A stretch of 64,000 nucleotides of DNA, taken from NCBI GenBank assembly GCA_035221665.1, contig CM069131.1, positions 5,580,001-5,644,000 of the forward strand, given 5' to 3'. The stretch is from Okamejei kenojei (taxonomy: Eukaryota). How positions within the stretch are numbered: position 1 is the first letter of the stretch; each line of letters begins with the position of its first letter. A model generated the notes under the pieces. That model saw only the letters and a program-made list of their open reading frames with translations, searched no databases and was not told the origin of the DNA. Positions 13,220 to 28,200 of this stretch are shown piece by piece. The translations under genes were made by a program, and so were the position numbers.

Positions 13220-16200
13220 ATATATATATGAGATCCCAGCACAGATCCCTGCCAAATACCACTGGTCAGACTTCCAGCCAGAGTATCTAACTTCCACTAT
13301 AACCCTCTGTCATATGAAGAAGCCAGTTCCGAGTCCACACGATCAAGAATCCCGTCCATCTTAATCTTCTGGATCAGGCAACCATGAGGGACCTTATTAA
13401 AAGCGTTACTAAAATCCATCGAGGCAACATACACCGCCCTACCCTCATCAATCTCCTACGTCGCCTCCTCGAAAAACTCAATCAAGTTAGTGAGACAGGT
13501 AGATACCCGCCACGGACCGACGCTGGCCGGCTCGGTTCACCCACCGTGACTCCGGACTTGGCCCAGAGCCACCAGCATGGACGGGACTCGGGCCGCCAAG
13601 AGCGAGGAAGAACCTGTGAACAACCGCCGAGAGCAAAGCCGGACCTGTTCCACCAAGAGCGAGGAGGGGACACGCATAACCGAGGGCTATCTGGCGTGGG
13701 GCCGGCAAGAACAAAGGGAGACTCCACGAGCATCATTAAAGAGTTCGAAAAAACTACCATGCCCTCTGTGTTCATGCATAGATTCCCTTTTTCTTTGGTC
13801 TACTATCTGCCCTCTTCCAATCCATTTCCTGTTCCTTTGCTCACAGAATATTTTTCGATTCATTTTTATATATGCTGCCGGAAGCTTCTGATATTCTCTG
13901 CCTCCTACTTCCGGTTCTGCTTCCCCTCTAAAGCTGGTTCTTACTCATGTTGATAATCTGGCATCCATCATGTAAGCACTGCAGATGTAAGAATGTGGAA
14001 CAACATTCAGAATGGTAGAAGAGTCTACTCCGCCATTCAATCATGACTGATCCGTCTTTCCCTCATAACCCCATTCTTCGGCCTTTTCCCATTAACCCTT
14101 GACACCCTTACTAATCACGAATCCGACAATCACTGCCTTAAAAATGCCCAATGACTTGCCCCCCACAGCCGTCTGTGGCAACAAATTCCATAGATTCACC
14201 ACCCTCTGACTAAAGAAATTCTTCCTCATCTCCTTCCTAAAGCTACATCCTTTTACTGTGAGCCAATGCTCTCTGGTCCTAGACTCTCCCACTAGTGGAG
14301 GCATCCTCTCCACATCCACTCTATCCAGGCCTTTCACTATTTGTTAAGTTTCAACGAGGTTCCCCGCATCCTCCTAAACCCTACCGACTGCTGGCTCAGT
14401 GCCGTCAAACGCTCATCATGCGTTAACCCAATCATCCCCAAGATCATCCTCGTAAACCGCATCTGGACCCTCTCCAACACCAGCACATCCTTCCTCGTAT
14501 ATGGGGCGCAAAACTGCTTACAATACTCAAATGCAGTGCCTTATAAAGTCTGAGCATTACACCCCTATTCGCTTTGCAAAAGATACTCTGGGAATACTCT
14601 GCCACTTCTTTATTGAAGTACTGTATGTGAACTTCAGTCTTTCACGGCTTTTAATTGTTAAGAAAATAAAGTAATGCATTTTATTTTAAAAAGCAAATAC
14701 TACCTATAACATTTTAGTCAGCTTAATATAATTTGCATTGCCTTATCATGTATCAGCAGTGAAAAATATTTCCAATGAAAAGAATAATGGGCTGGATAGT
14801 CCTTAACTACATTCACCAATATTACTCAAGGGTCTGCATAAAACACACCTACCGTTGCTTGAAGTGTAAAGCAAAGCAGCCTGAAAACATACAACAGATG
14901 AATCTGCAAGACTTTCCTCAATGGACATCTGCACTGCAAATCCTGAGTCAGGATTTATATTAGCAAGAGACAGCAGATCAGTGGAACGCACAAATAAATT
15001 TCCATGGAACGTGTGAATGGAAAGACCTGTAAAAATAAATAATAACCATTATTATAAACTGGGGCACTCCAATGCATTCACATGCACTTGGTATGCATGC
15101 CAAATCAATGTATTTATTTTAGTACCTCAAGCTTTCATCAGGTATAATAGGCTGAACCTTACTGATAAAGGCCAGCAGTTAGTTCCACACTGATCTGCCG
15201 GCAGTTACTGCTATACTTTAAGGGAAGTTTTAGTATTTTGGCTTGCATGCATTTAAAAGTCAATTTTAATTTTCTTAGTTACCTCCTGATAAAAACATAA
15301 TCAAGTGCAAGTTCAGGTTTATTGCCACATGCGCCAATTAAGGTGCAGTGGAATTTGACTTACCATGCAGCCATACAAACAAGAGAGCGCAATACACAAT
15401 AGAATATAACATGAACATCCACAACAGTGGAATCAACATTCTTCACTGTGGTGGAAGGCAATGACTTTGCCAGTCCTCCTCCTTTGGTTCATCCGTGGTC
15501 GGGGCCATGAACCCTCCGCAGACACCGCTCCGGATGGCCCGATGTACAGGCCCTCACGTCGGGGTGCACGAACACGCCGCGACTTGGAGGTCCCGAATCG
15601 GCCGCTTCCTACCGGAGACCGGGGCTTCACGATGTTATAGGCCGCAGGCCAGCGGTCAGAGCTCTTAAAGTCCACACTGCGCCCACGGCTAGAAGCTCCG
15701 CAGACCGCCGGCTCAGTATGTTGTAGGGCAACACATTGGCACAGTGGTAAAGTTGCCGCCTTACATGACAGTCCCGCCATCCCAGGGATCCCTTTAACAC
15801 GTCTTGCAATCCCCATAGGTGCAATACAAATGCATGTTTATGATAAAGCACCAGCAAAGAATTCTGTGCAGTTTTATCAGAAGCATAAGCAGTTTATCCC
15901 GTTGATAAATGCACTTGTACATCAAATATATTACCTTTTGTGCAGCGTATCCTCATGACCGCTTCAAAGCCAATTTTTCTAATGAGGTAACGTTGGAGGT
16001 CTTTCTGAAACTTCTCTGCCTGTGCGGGATTGTGAATATGATGGAATGACGGGTAGTAGAACACTGATCCAGCAGAGTACTTTGACATACAAGCTGTAGA
16101 AACCACAACATGTTGAACAAAAGTGTAGAATTCATTAACACTCATTGGCGGCATGCAGTCTTTTGTAATAAAATGATGTGGTGAAAAGTCAATGCATAAT

Positions 16201-19200
16201 TATTTCTGCTTTTTAATTACATCAGATTATACCTAATATGGTACACCATCACTCAATGCACATTTATTTATTGATTATATTATCCATTGAGTCTTGTGTT
16301 TACAAATCTGTTGTGCTGCTCCATGTAAGAATTTCACTGTTCCGTTTTGTACAGATGACAATGAAACACTCCTGATAGCCCTGTCCCACGGTGCGAGTTC
16401 ATTCCAAGAGCCCTCCCGAGTTTAAAAAAAGTCAAACTCGTGGTAAGCACGGAGAATGAACGTAGCGGGTACGTCGGAGCTCGGGGACGTCTCTTAGTGG
16501 CCCATAACGCTAACGGCAGGTACTCGGGAAGACTCGCTAACGGCAGGTAAGCAGGGGAAGACCCGTGAAGTTTTTTCATCGTGTTGAAAAATGTCCACGA
16601 GAGCCCCGAGTACCGACGAGCGGCCATTGCCGTAAATCTCTGAGTTCGAATCAGGGCAAACTCGGGAGAGCTCTTGGAATGAACTCGTACCGTGGGACAG
16701 GGATTTGACTCTCTTGAAATATTTTCAAACGATACAATTAATTTATTAAAGCAGTTACAAGCATTGCTGGAAATGAAAAAAAAATAGGGGCAACACAGTG
16801 GAGCAGTGGTAGAGCCGGCAGAGACCCAGATTCGATCCTTTCTTCGGGTGCGGTCTGTACGGAGTTTGTACGTTCTCCCTGTGACTGCGTGGGTTTTCTC
16901 TGGGTGCTCCGGTTTCCTCCCACACTCCAAAGACAACAGGTTTGGAGGTTAATTGGCTTCTGTAAATTGTCCCTAGTGTGTAGGATAGTGCTAGTGTATG
17001 GAGTGATCACAGGTCAGAGAGGCCACGGTGGGCCGAGGGGGCTATTTCCACGCCGTATCTCTAAAGTCTAATCACAAATAATTTATACATTTTTCATTTG
17101 TACATTTTTCCTTGCGGCTGAACACTTCTGTTTGGCCTGTTCTTTGGGAACCATGTATAATTAAGGGCCTTTCTCTGTGCTGTACTGTTTTATGTTCTAT
17201 AAATGCTGTTGATAGTGGTGTTGAATGAGTTTGGGGTTGATATTATGAATAACAGTGAAGGTAGACACAGGTGATCTATATCCTGTTGTGGAAAAATTCC
17301 TTTCTCTAATAGGTCACATAGTCTATAATCTAAATCCCACCAACGTATCTGTCTCAACCATGAGCGAAGTCCACTCATCACTTCCTGTGTAAAAGTTGGC
17401 TGGCACAACTCCCTTAAACTTTGCCCCTCTCTCTTTAAAGCTAAGCCCTCTTGTATTTGATTTTTCCTGAGGAAAAAGGTTTTGACAGTCCACACTATAC
17501 CTCTGATAATTTTACATTCTTCCATCCAATCTCCCTGCAACCTCCGATGTTCCAGAAAGAACAAGTCGGTCCGACCTCTCTCCCTGTAGCTAATACTTGA
17601 TCCCGGCTTCCTTCTGGTTAACATCCTCTGCATCCTTTCCATAACCTCCACATCCTTCCTGAAATGGGACGACCGGAACTGCACACAACTCTCCGAATGA
17701 GGCCTAACCAAAGTCCTATAAAGCTGCCTCATGACTTCCTGACTCTTATACTCAATACCCCAACCCAAGGCCTTCTAGGCCATTAAGTGAGGCCTTTTGA
17801 ATGAATCCAAATTTTGTAGAACAAATCCTTTTATTTTTATTGATATGTTTTTTGTTCGTCTTTTATTATTTTTATTTTAATCTTAAAATGAACGTATTTA
17901 AAATACCAAAGAGTAAATGAAGATTCAACTAAATAATCCTCCCTGACTGATGGCCACAATTAAAACATTAGTAAGTCATGAGGGCTATTTTAACAAAATA
18001 ATGTACATTTTGAAATATATCTAATTGAGGTTTCTTGGATGCGGCATTAGGTTACAGCTAACTTAATGCGACATTCCAACATGAAAAGGTTCCCCACCCC
18101 TGCCCCAACCTATGAAACACTTTAACAATCTATCTACTTGTGTTAATGCCTTTTTGACCACAATGTCCCTCTTAATCTTAATCTTTTGGATCAGCCTATC
18201 TTGCGTGATGTTTACAACTAACTGCCTTACTGAAATCCATGTACACAACATCCACCGCCCTTTTCTCATCTATCAACTTCATCACCTCTTCAAAAAACTC
18301 GTCAACTTTGGAAGGCCTCACCAGCTGTATATAAAGCCATGCACACTGTCCCTAATTAACCCATTCTCTTCCAAATGGGAGTAAATCCTATCCCGAAGAA
18401 TCTTCTCCAATAACTTCCTACCACTGAAGTGAGGCTCACCGGCCTATAATTCCCTGTATTTTCTTTACTTCCCTTTTTAAATAAAGGAATAACAATCGCT
18501 ACTCTGCAGTCCTCTGGGACCTCGCTGCTGGCTAGAGAGGACACAAAAGATCATCATCAAGGCTCCCGCATCTCCTCTCTCAATAACCTGGGATAAATCC
18601 CATCAGGTCCTGGGGATTTATGCCATCCACCTTAATGCTCTTCAAGACCTCCAACACCTCCTCCTTAATCTCAATCTGCCCTTGCATATTAGTATTCTCC
18701 ACGCTGATCTTACTGTTCAGCATGTCTTTTGCCTTGGCGAAAATAGATGCAAAGTACTCTTTTAGTACCTCGCCTACATCCCCAGACTCCAAGCACAAAT
18801 TCCTCTTTATCCTTGAGCGGCCTACCTACTCCCTGGATACCCTCTTCCCTCTTGCTTATAATATAGGTATTAAAAAACATTGGGATTTCTTTAGTCTGAT
18901 TCGCCAGACATTTTGTGTCCCCTTTTGGCTCGTTTAATCACCCACTTGAGATCTTTCCTCCATTTCCTCAAAGGCCCTGTCTGATTCCATCCTCTTAAAC
19001 CTTGCATGTGTTTCCTAGACCAATTTTACAACCCATTTGGTCATCCAAATGGGCTTGCATTGAAATCAACACACTTCAATCCATCAGCGTCCTTCGCCTC
19101 GCCCTGTCTGTCCTTCCTTTGGGACTTCTTGGTCCTAACCTCTACCTTCCCATCACTCCATACAATTTTGGAACAACTACTATGCTCCCCCTCCCCCCCC

Positions 19201-22200
19201 CCCCCGCCTCTCTAGTTTAAACCCTCCTGAGTAGCATGAGTGAACCTATCTGCAAGGATATTGCTTCCCCTCATAGAAACGTAGAAAATAGCTGCAGGAG
19301 TAGGCCATTCGGCCCTTCGAGCCTGCACCGCCATTCAATACAATCCAACTCAGTATCCTGTACCTGCCTTCTCTCCATACCCCCTGATCCCTTTAGCCAC
19401 AAGGGCCACATCTAACTCCCTCTTAAATATAGCCAATGAACTGGCCTCAACTACCTTCTGTGGCAGAGAATTCCACAGATTCACCACTCCCTGTGTGAAA
19501 AATGTTTTTCTAATCTCGGTTCTAAAAGACTTCCCCCTTATCCTTAAACTGTGACCCCTTGTTCTGGACTTCCCCAAAATCGGGAACAATCTTCCTGCAT
19601 CTAGCCTGTCCAACCCCTTAAGAATTTTGTAAGTCTCTATGAGATCACCCCTCAATCTTCTAAATTCCAGCGAGTACAACCCAAGTCTATCCAGTCTTTC
19701 TTCATATGGAAGTCGTGCTATTCCAGGAATCAGCCTGGTGAACCTTCTCTGTACTCCCTCTATGGCAAGAATGTCTCTCCTCAGATTAGGAGACCAAAAC
19801 TGTAATCAATACTCCAGGTGTGACCTCACCAAGACCCTGTACAACTGCAGTAGAACCTCCCTGCTCTTGTACTCAAATCCTTTTGCTATGAATGCCAACA
19901 TACCATTCGCTTTCTTCACAGCCTGCTGCACCTGCATGCCTACTTTCAATGACTGGTGTACCATGACACCCAGGTCTTGCTGCTGCATCTCCCCTTTTTC
20001 TAATCGGTCACCATTCAAATAATAGTCTACCTTCCTCTTTTTGCCACCAAAGTGGATAACCTCACATTTATCCACATTATACTGCATCTGCCATGCATTT
20101 GCCCACTCACCCAGTCTATCCAAGTCATCCTGAAGCCTCCTAGCATCCTCCTCACAGCTAACACTGCCCCCCAGCTTCGTGTCATCCGCAAACTTCGAGA
20201 TGTTGCATTTAATTCCCTCGTCCAAATCATTAATGTATATTGTAAATAGCTGGGGCCACTCCAGGCGTGGCCTCACCAAGACCCTGTACAACTGCAGTAG
20301 AACCTCCCTGTCCTATACTCAAATCCTTTTGCTATGAATGCTAACATACCATTCGCTTTCTTCACTGCCTGCTGTACCTGCATGCCTACTTTCATGGTGT
20401 ACCATGACACCCAGGTCTCGTTGCATCTCCCCTTTTCCCCTTTTCAAGTTTAGAAGCACCCCGTTCCTCTTGTACCGGTCACCTCTGTCCCAGAGGAGAT
20501 CCCAGTTGCCTAAAAATGTGAATCGCCGCCCACTGCACCAACTCCTGAGCCCCACATTCATCTGGCCAACCTTCCTATTCCTTCCAATTCCTATTACAAT
20601 CAATTTGTCCAAAGTGCCCGTGTTCATGCTGTATGACTGCACAATCCAATTAAACAAAACTAATTGGTCCAACAAAAATATTTATTTATTTATTTATTCA
20701 TTTCACAGGTATATTCCAAAATTAATTTAACAGTAATGAAAATTCTCTTACCAAGTGTAGCCATGTCAGAACATTGTCCACTCAGCAAAAACAGATCTAC
20801 TGCCACCTGCTGGCCGGAGCAATCCAAGGCAAACTTTTTATAAAAGTCTGTGGCTGGACCAAGGTGCTGCGCTCCCTGAATGGAAATCAAATAATACCCC
20901 AGAAATATTTCAGACATTGTTATAGATGAGCGAGTGCCATTTGCAAATGACATTGCTTGTTTGGCCTCACAAGGTCACCTTGGCCTCACTAGGTCACAGA
21001 GTCTTACAGGGATTCATCTTCAATACTAGTTCAGTGATCATTCTTTAGGGGAATACAGAGCAAAGACCAAGAATGGCTCAGCTGTACAATGTGGTTGGAA
21101 AAGACAGGAAAACTACAGCAAAACACGATTCAATAGTTCAAGAAGGGAGAGGGGACTTTCTGTGCGTACAGACCGTTTGACCTGTTTTTACAAAATGTTA
21201 AATGGTCAGCTAGACATAGATCACAAGGCCTACACCAACCCCAAACCAATTAGGAGCAGACGAGGGCATTCGATTCAATTTGTGGTCCCAGCCACAAAGA
21301 CAGATGTGTACAGCAATTCGTTCTTCCCACGCACTATTAAAGCATGGAATAATCGCCACCAAACCACGGTTGCCCAGCCAGATGCAACTAAATTTAAAGT
21401 GGCACTTTTTGCCCAATGACCCTCTCTGGCTTAACCCCTCCCTTCACCATCTCCAGTTTAAATTCCGGTCAGAAATCATAGTCAGACAATGGCAGAGGTA
21501 GAAAGGAGGAGGCGATATTGCAGAGAGATTATAGCAAATTGGGAATTCAGATTAAGATGAGTTTATTGCCAAATACAGAGAATATAATGAAATTCCTTGT
21601 TTGCATGAAGTTCATGGAGTAATGCAGTTCATGCAGCAATGATAAATACAATAATAAGTAAATGAGTGCAAAACAGCAGAATTGTTCAAAGAGGGCAGTA
21701 CAATCCAAAGCAGTGCAAAATAATATGAAGGTACAATAATGGAATAGCCAAATGAGGTAGAGTTAACAGTTCCGCGTGCATGGCAGCATCGTCAAGTGAA
21801 AGGGGGTGTGAAAGGTGTGATTGTTTTAGGGGTCTGATAGCAGTGGGGAAGAAACTGTTTCATAACCTGGATGTCTGGGCTTTCGAGCTCCTGCATCCTC
21901 TCCCAGAAGGTCAAAGAGAGAAAAGGGAATGGCCAGGATGGCAGGCATGCTTGACAATACTTCCAGCGTTTCTGATGCAAGCACCATGAAGATGGACTGG
22001 ATGGATGGAAGTGGGAATCCTGTGATGGACTGACATGTGTTCACCACTCAGTCTGTCAAGTGCAGGAAAAAAAGCGGGAAAATGGTTGTATCCTTGTTGT
22101 TATTATCAGTATCATAATTGAAAGATACGATGTTGGCAAAATCAATAGACAATAGATAATAGGTGCAGGAGTAGGCCATTCAGCCCTTCAGGCCAGCCAA

Positions 22201-25200
22201 CAAAATGTGATCATGGCTGATCATCCCCAATCAGTACCCCGTTCCTGCCTTCTCCCCATATCCCCTGACTCCGCTATATTTAAGAGCCCTATCCAGTTCT
22301 CTCTTGAAAGTATCCGGAGAACCGGCCTCCACCGCCCTTTGAGGCAGGGAATTCCACAGACTCACCGCTCTCTGTGAGAAAAAGTGTTTCCTTGTCTCCG
22401 TTCTAAATGGCTTACCCCTTATTCTTAAACTGTGGCCCCAAAGCTGTACCATTGATTGAGACCCTGAGACCCATAAATAAAGGATTGCAAAAGAATCAGG
22501 GATGACAGCCTGATGGAGAGGCTTGTTCATGCAATTGGGGAGGATATGTGGGAAAGACCAACAAGGAGACCATATGGGTTTAAATGAGGGATGAAAAAAG
22601 GAGTATGGGCCCCCAAATATTCAAAGAGAGAGAGAGAGAAGAGTATATATGCAGGGGTGTTTATGACATGTGCAGAAAGAGCAAGCGGGTTTCAACAACA
22701 CCAAAAATCTGAAAGAGTAGCCTAGCAATGATGTGCAACTCTTCAATGGCTTTTTAGTAATAAGGGGGCTGTCCCACTTGGGCGACCTAATTGGCGAGTT
22801 TAGAAGAGTTTGACAAAAATGTCATGTTGAAGACCTCCTTCGACTATGCAGAAGACCAGATACGACTAACTTTGGGGAAATTGGACACCGAATAGTGGAG
22901 AGTGAAGACGACCTCCTTCGACCTCCCTTCGACTATGATGAAGACTACTACGGCTACTTTTGACTTCCCTCGATTACCTACGACTAACATGCCGACCTAC
23001 TACGACTAAACCGACGAGTAAAAAAAGGATCGATTTTTTCCATGGCGACCTTTTTTTACTCGCAGGCATTTTTTAACATATTGAAAAACGCTGCGACCTA
23101 GCTGAGGCCTCGAGTACACGGATACCACTCTCGAGCATGAAGGAGAGTTACGAAGACCTCCTACGACCTCGTGTCGACCATGCTACGAGTATGAGTCGAG
23201 GGCAAACTCGGCAAAACTCACGGATTAGGTCGCCCAAGTGGGACAGCCCCTTTAGGATGCAGAAAGCTGAACAAGACAAGGGAATTTATAATCCATCCTG
23301 TCTTGAAAATCATAGGGCATGGAAACAGATACCTCAACCCTCTTGTGTTCACGACAGCTATCAAGTATAATTACGTATCTATATTTAACACATTTTCCAG
23401 CACTTTGTCCAGAGCCTTCTCTGCCATGCGTGGGAAAGAACTACAGATGCTGGTTTAAATTGAAGGTAGACACAAAATGCTGGAGTAACTCAGCGGGACA
23501 AGCCTTTTAAGCAATCTTGTCTTCTAAGCCTTCTAAGCCATCTATTGGCACCTAAAGCCATGGTGTTTTCAGGTGCCATTTAAATATAATCAATATTGTG
23601 AGGGTATCTGCCTCCACCTCCCCCCTAAATCTCCTAACTTTATCAGTTATAACGAGCTTGTGGAACATGGCACCGTTTATATGGAAGGTAGGCACTAAAT
23701 GCTGTAGTAACTCAGCGGGACAGGCAGCATCTCTGGAGAGCAGGCACGGGTGACGTTTCGGGTTGAGACCCTTCTTCAGAACCGAAACGTCATCCATTCC
23801 TTCTCTCCAGACCCGAAACGTCATCCATTCCTGTCTCGCTGAGTTACTCCAGCATTTTGTGTCCTTCCAATGCACCATTTATATGGTTGCACTTTAAGTT
23901 GCTGAATATTCTGCCACCCCACAAATTAGCTTTCCTTTTACTGTCTATATTACTCAACAAATCTATTCCTTAGAGTTGTCAAGGCCTCTTGATGTCAGTT
24001 AATCAAATGAGCAATGATTAAAAAAAAATAATCCATGGATTATATTTGATTCTTTTGTGTTGGTCTAATTACCTTTATGGTGGATCGCTGGTTAGGATCT
24101 TCTCTTGAAAAAAGTTGACCCACACCAATGGATGGGAGTTGTGTCTGGAACACAGACATGCGCCCTCCTGTTGCAGACATCAGCTTCAATGCGGCCTGCA
24201 GAGCTGGCCCCAGCGCACTATGAGTCTCCCTTGTGCCAGCAAACATTTTGGGCAGCACCTCCAGTAAATCTTCAATAAGCTGCACAAAAAAAACAAAAAA
24301 CCTTTCAGACTTTGCAAATCTAACAGAGTTACTGGCATGAATCTTTTGCAAAGATCCACGATAGTTATTTCCTGCAGTAACATAAAAGTAAATATGAATG
24401 CACAAATAAAATGCCTGACATCCCCTTCTTTTCATGCTTTGCAGAACAGAGTATAAAATTAATTTTCATTGAAAAGCAATGACCAAAATTTAATTCTTAG
24501 AATAATTATGACATTTTTAAGAGGGAAACTAAACCATAACTCAGTTCTGGGCACTGTGTTAAAAGAAAGATATTGTCAAGCTTGAAAGGGTTCAGAGAAG
24601 ATTTACGAGGATGTTGCCAGGACTAGAGGGTGTGAGCTATAGGGAGAGGTTGAGCGGGCTGGGACTCTATTCCTTGTAGCACAGGAGGATGAGGGGTGGC
24701 GCAGTGGCGGAGTTGCTGCCTTACAGCGAACGCAGCGCCGGAGACCCGGGTTTGATCCTGACTGCAGGTGCTGTCTGAACGGAGTTTGTACGTTCTCCCC
24801 GTGATCTGTGTGGGTTTTCTCCGAGATCTTCGGTTCCCTCCCACACTCCAAAGACATCCATGTTTGTAGGATAATTGGCTTGGTAAATGTAAAAATTGTC
24901 CCTAGTAAGTGCAGGATAGTGTTCATGTGCGGGGATCGCTGGTCGGCGCGGACCCGGTGGGCCGAAGGGCCTGTTTTCGCGCTGTATCTCTAAACTAAAC
25001 TAAACTAAATTGCAGATTTTTGATTCTAAATTAGACTTCCTGGTTCATCCTGTTTACATTGCACCAAGTGTTTTCAAATGTAATTCCTTGAAAATACATT
25101 CTTGTTACTGGCTCTACTCACACATGCTGCAAATTGCCTGCAGAGGGCATAGCACAACATCAGATGCCCAATGTCTGAATTATTTGCCAAAAAGGCATCC

Positions 25201-28200
25201 AGTGTGGTCTGCCTGCTACAAGTTACCATTAATGATAAATGCTGTTAGTTCATCACCAATTGAAATATCCAGATCAATAACGCGGCAGGATAATTCTGCA
25301 ATTGTATTTACTGCAGCTTGAAAGGGTTCAGAGAAGATTTACGAGGATGTTACCAGGACTAGAGGGTCTGAGCTATAGGGAGAGGCCTTGTCGGCTGGGA
25401 CTCTATTCCTTGGAGTGCAGGAGGATGAGGGATGATCTTATAGAGGTGTATAAAATCATGAAAGGAAGATTGGGTAGATGCACAGTGTCTCTTGCCCAGA
25501 GTGGGGGAATCGAGGACCAGAGGACATAGGTTTAAGGAGAAGGGGAAAAGATTTAATAGGAATCTGAGGGGTAACTTTTTCACAAAAAGGGTGGTGGGTG
25601 TATGGAACAAGCTGCCAGAGGATGTGGGCAGACTGTGCCATTTTGAACAAGTTGGGCCAAAGGATCCGTTTCCATGTCATATAACATCCAGTGGAATAAA
25701 GGTGGTCACATTATTTCACACACTCAATGCATCAGGCACACATTGCTTGTTATGCTATGTGAGAGATGTGAAGAGAAAAGCAGTAAGCTTTGGATACACA
25801 AAATGATGCTTAGAACACAACAAGATGAAAAATAAGGTAACATATTTATGGAACGAATAAGGCAGCTGCCTCTAGTAGTAATTACACACCAGGGAAATGA
25901 AGGCTGAATCTTTTTCATATTTGTTTTTTGTTTCTTTATTTGAATTATTTTGTTTTCCAAATTGTAAAAACTAAATTGTAAGCGCCTCCTTTCAGTCTTT
26001 TCACATAAATTACCACAGGAGTTTTGTCAGCTCGGAAAATGTCTGATCAGAACATAAAAATGATTGTTTTAATATATATTTTACATGTAAAAAGGTGTTA
26101 TGTACCTGAAAACCCCCAGGGGCATTTGTGTGAACAAGATTTTGTTTATCAGTAATGCGAACATTTTCTTTCCTATAAACTTAAGATTGTTAGAAATGCT
26201 TTTAAGGACTCCCTTGATAGGCCAGCTAGTTTTACAGTGATTAACTCAACTGTACAAATCGAGAGTGCTGATTTCAGCTAATTGATATTATATGTGTAGG
26301 AAGGAACCACAGATGCTGGTTTACACTGAAGATATACACTGAAATGCTGGAGTTACTCAGCGGGACAGGCAGCATCTCTAAAGAGAAGGAATGGGTTAAG
26401 TTTCGGGTCGAGACCCTTCTTCAGACTGACAGTCAGGGAGAGGGAGACACAGAGATAAGGATGGGTAAGGTGTGAAAATGAGACATCAAAAGAGGTGAGG
26501 TTCAAGGAAAATGTAGCAATGGATCATTGTTAGAAGGTGACATCAATTATGTTCTATATCTAGGCCTGCAAGTGAAAGGCAAAGACACAGAACAAATAAA
26601 ATGTCTTATTCCTTCACCTGCGATACCCAAGATAAAAATGAACCTGCAAAGGTCAGCCTCTGATGAAGGGTCTCCGACCCAAAAAATTCATTCTGTTTTC
26701 CTTCCACAGAACAAGTTTAGCCAAAGGACCCGTTTCCATGTCATATGCCTCACTCTGATGTGAACATCCTATATGAACACTGAGTTCTCCAACTTCAGGT
26801 AACTACCCAACAACACACCACTACTTTTGTAAACCAGCGTCTGCAGCTCCAGGTGTCTAATATAAGGTCATAAGGAATAGGAGTAGAATTAGGCCATTTG
26901 GTCCCTCAAGTCTACTCCACCATTCAACCATGGCTGATCTATCTGTCCCTTGTAACCTCATTCTCCTGCCTTCTCCCCATAACCCCTGACACCCATACTA
27001 ATCAAGAATCTATCTATCTCTGTCTTAAAAATATCCACTGACTTGGCCTCCACTGCCTTCTGTGGCAAATAGTTCCACAGATTCACCATCCTCTGACTAA
27101 TGAAATTTCACCTCATCTCCTTCCAAAAAGAACATCCTTTAATTCTGAGGCTAAAACCTCCAGTTCTAGACTTTCCCACTAGTGGAAACATCCTCTCCAC
27201 ATCCACTCTATCCAAGCCTTTCACTATTCTGTACGGTTCAATGAGATCCCCCCTCATTCTTCTCAACTCCAGTGAGTACAGGCCCAGTGCCGACAAACGC
27301 TCATCTTAGGTTAACACACTCATTCCTGGGATCATTCTTGTAAACCTCCTCTGGACCCTCTCCAGAGACAGCACATCCTTCCTCAGCTATAGTGCCCAAA
27401 ATTGCTAACAATACTTCAAATGCGGCCTGACCAGCGCATTATAGAGCCTCAGCATTACATCCCTGTTTTTGTATGCAAGCCCTCTTGAAATAAATGCTAG
27501 CATCGCGTTTGCTTTCTTTATGACCGAATCGACTTGCAGATTAACTTTTTGGGAATCCTGCACCAGCACTCTCCAGTCCCTTTGCACCTCCGATTCCTGG
27601 ATTGTCACCCCATTTAGAAAATATTTATGTTTGGTTTGCTTGTGAGTTATAATCTTCATGTATCCAGGCCCTTGTCCTTAGTGTTCCAGTGTGATGACTT
27701 CAGTCATTAACCTCCTGGTCATCAAAAGTTCCAAGAAGGTAAATAAGATCAATACGCTCCTTGCTATAAAGAGCGGTGCAAAGCAATTTGCATCGTAATA
27801 GTTTATATCAACATCTCCACAAAACGGATGATTTTGTTTTTAATCCCCCAAAACAGGTGGGTGCTGGTCTTATGGAAATTTAAAAAGGATAAACATTTCA
27901 AATCCAAATTTCACCCATCTCCTTTCAGTTTTAACAAAAGTTAAACGGGGTAATTTCGTCTCTGGGAGTATTTTTTAATTATTTTGTAAGGTTTGTGCAC
28001 CACTTTAAAGGTATCTCCATTGTTTAAACTATAATCAACGGTATTTCTTTGGCAGGAATCCTGGAATGTAGCGATAGTTGAGAATGAAGTGATGTTCGCA
28101 TAAATGTGCTTTTGAAGTTGGCCAGGAGGAATGGAATGATTCCCCAATGCCGAACAAACCAAATCTGTAAATAGTCTCTTGTCAATTCCCCACGGTCACC

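Noticed and set aside
16334-16936. 200-aa ORF and similar ORFs recurring at 34019, 46975 and 58884
   Set aside because: Open frames running through SINE and MITE sequence; recurrence reflects repeat copy number.
24695-24770. tRNA-like sequence
   Set aside because: Head of an HE1/V-SINE, followed by the SINE body and tail.
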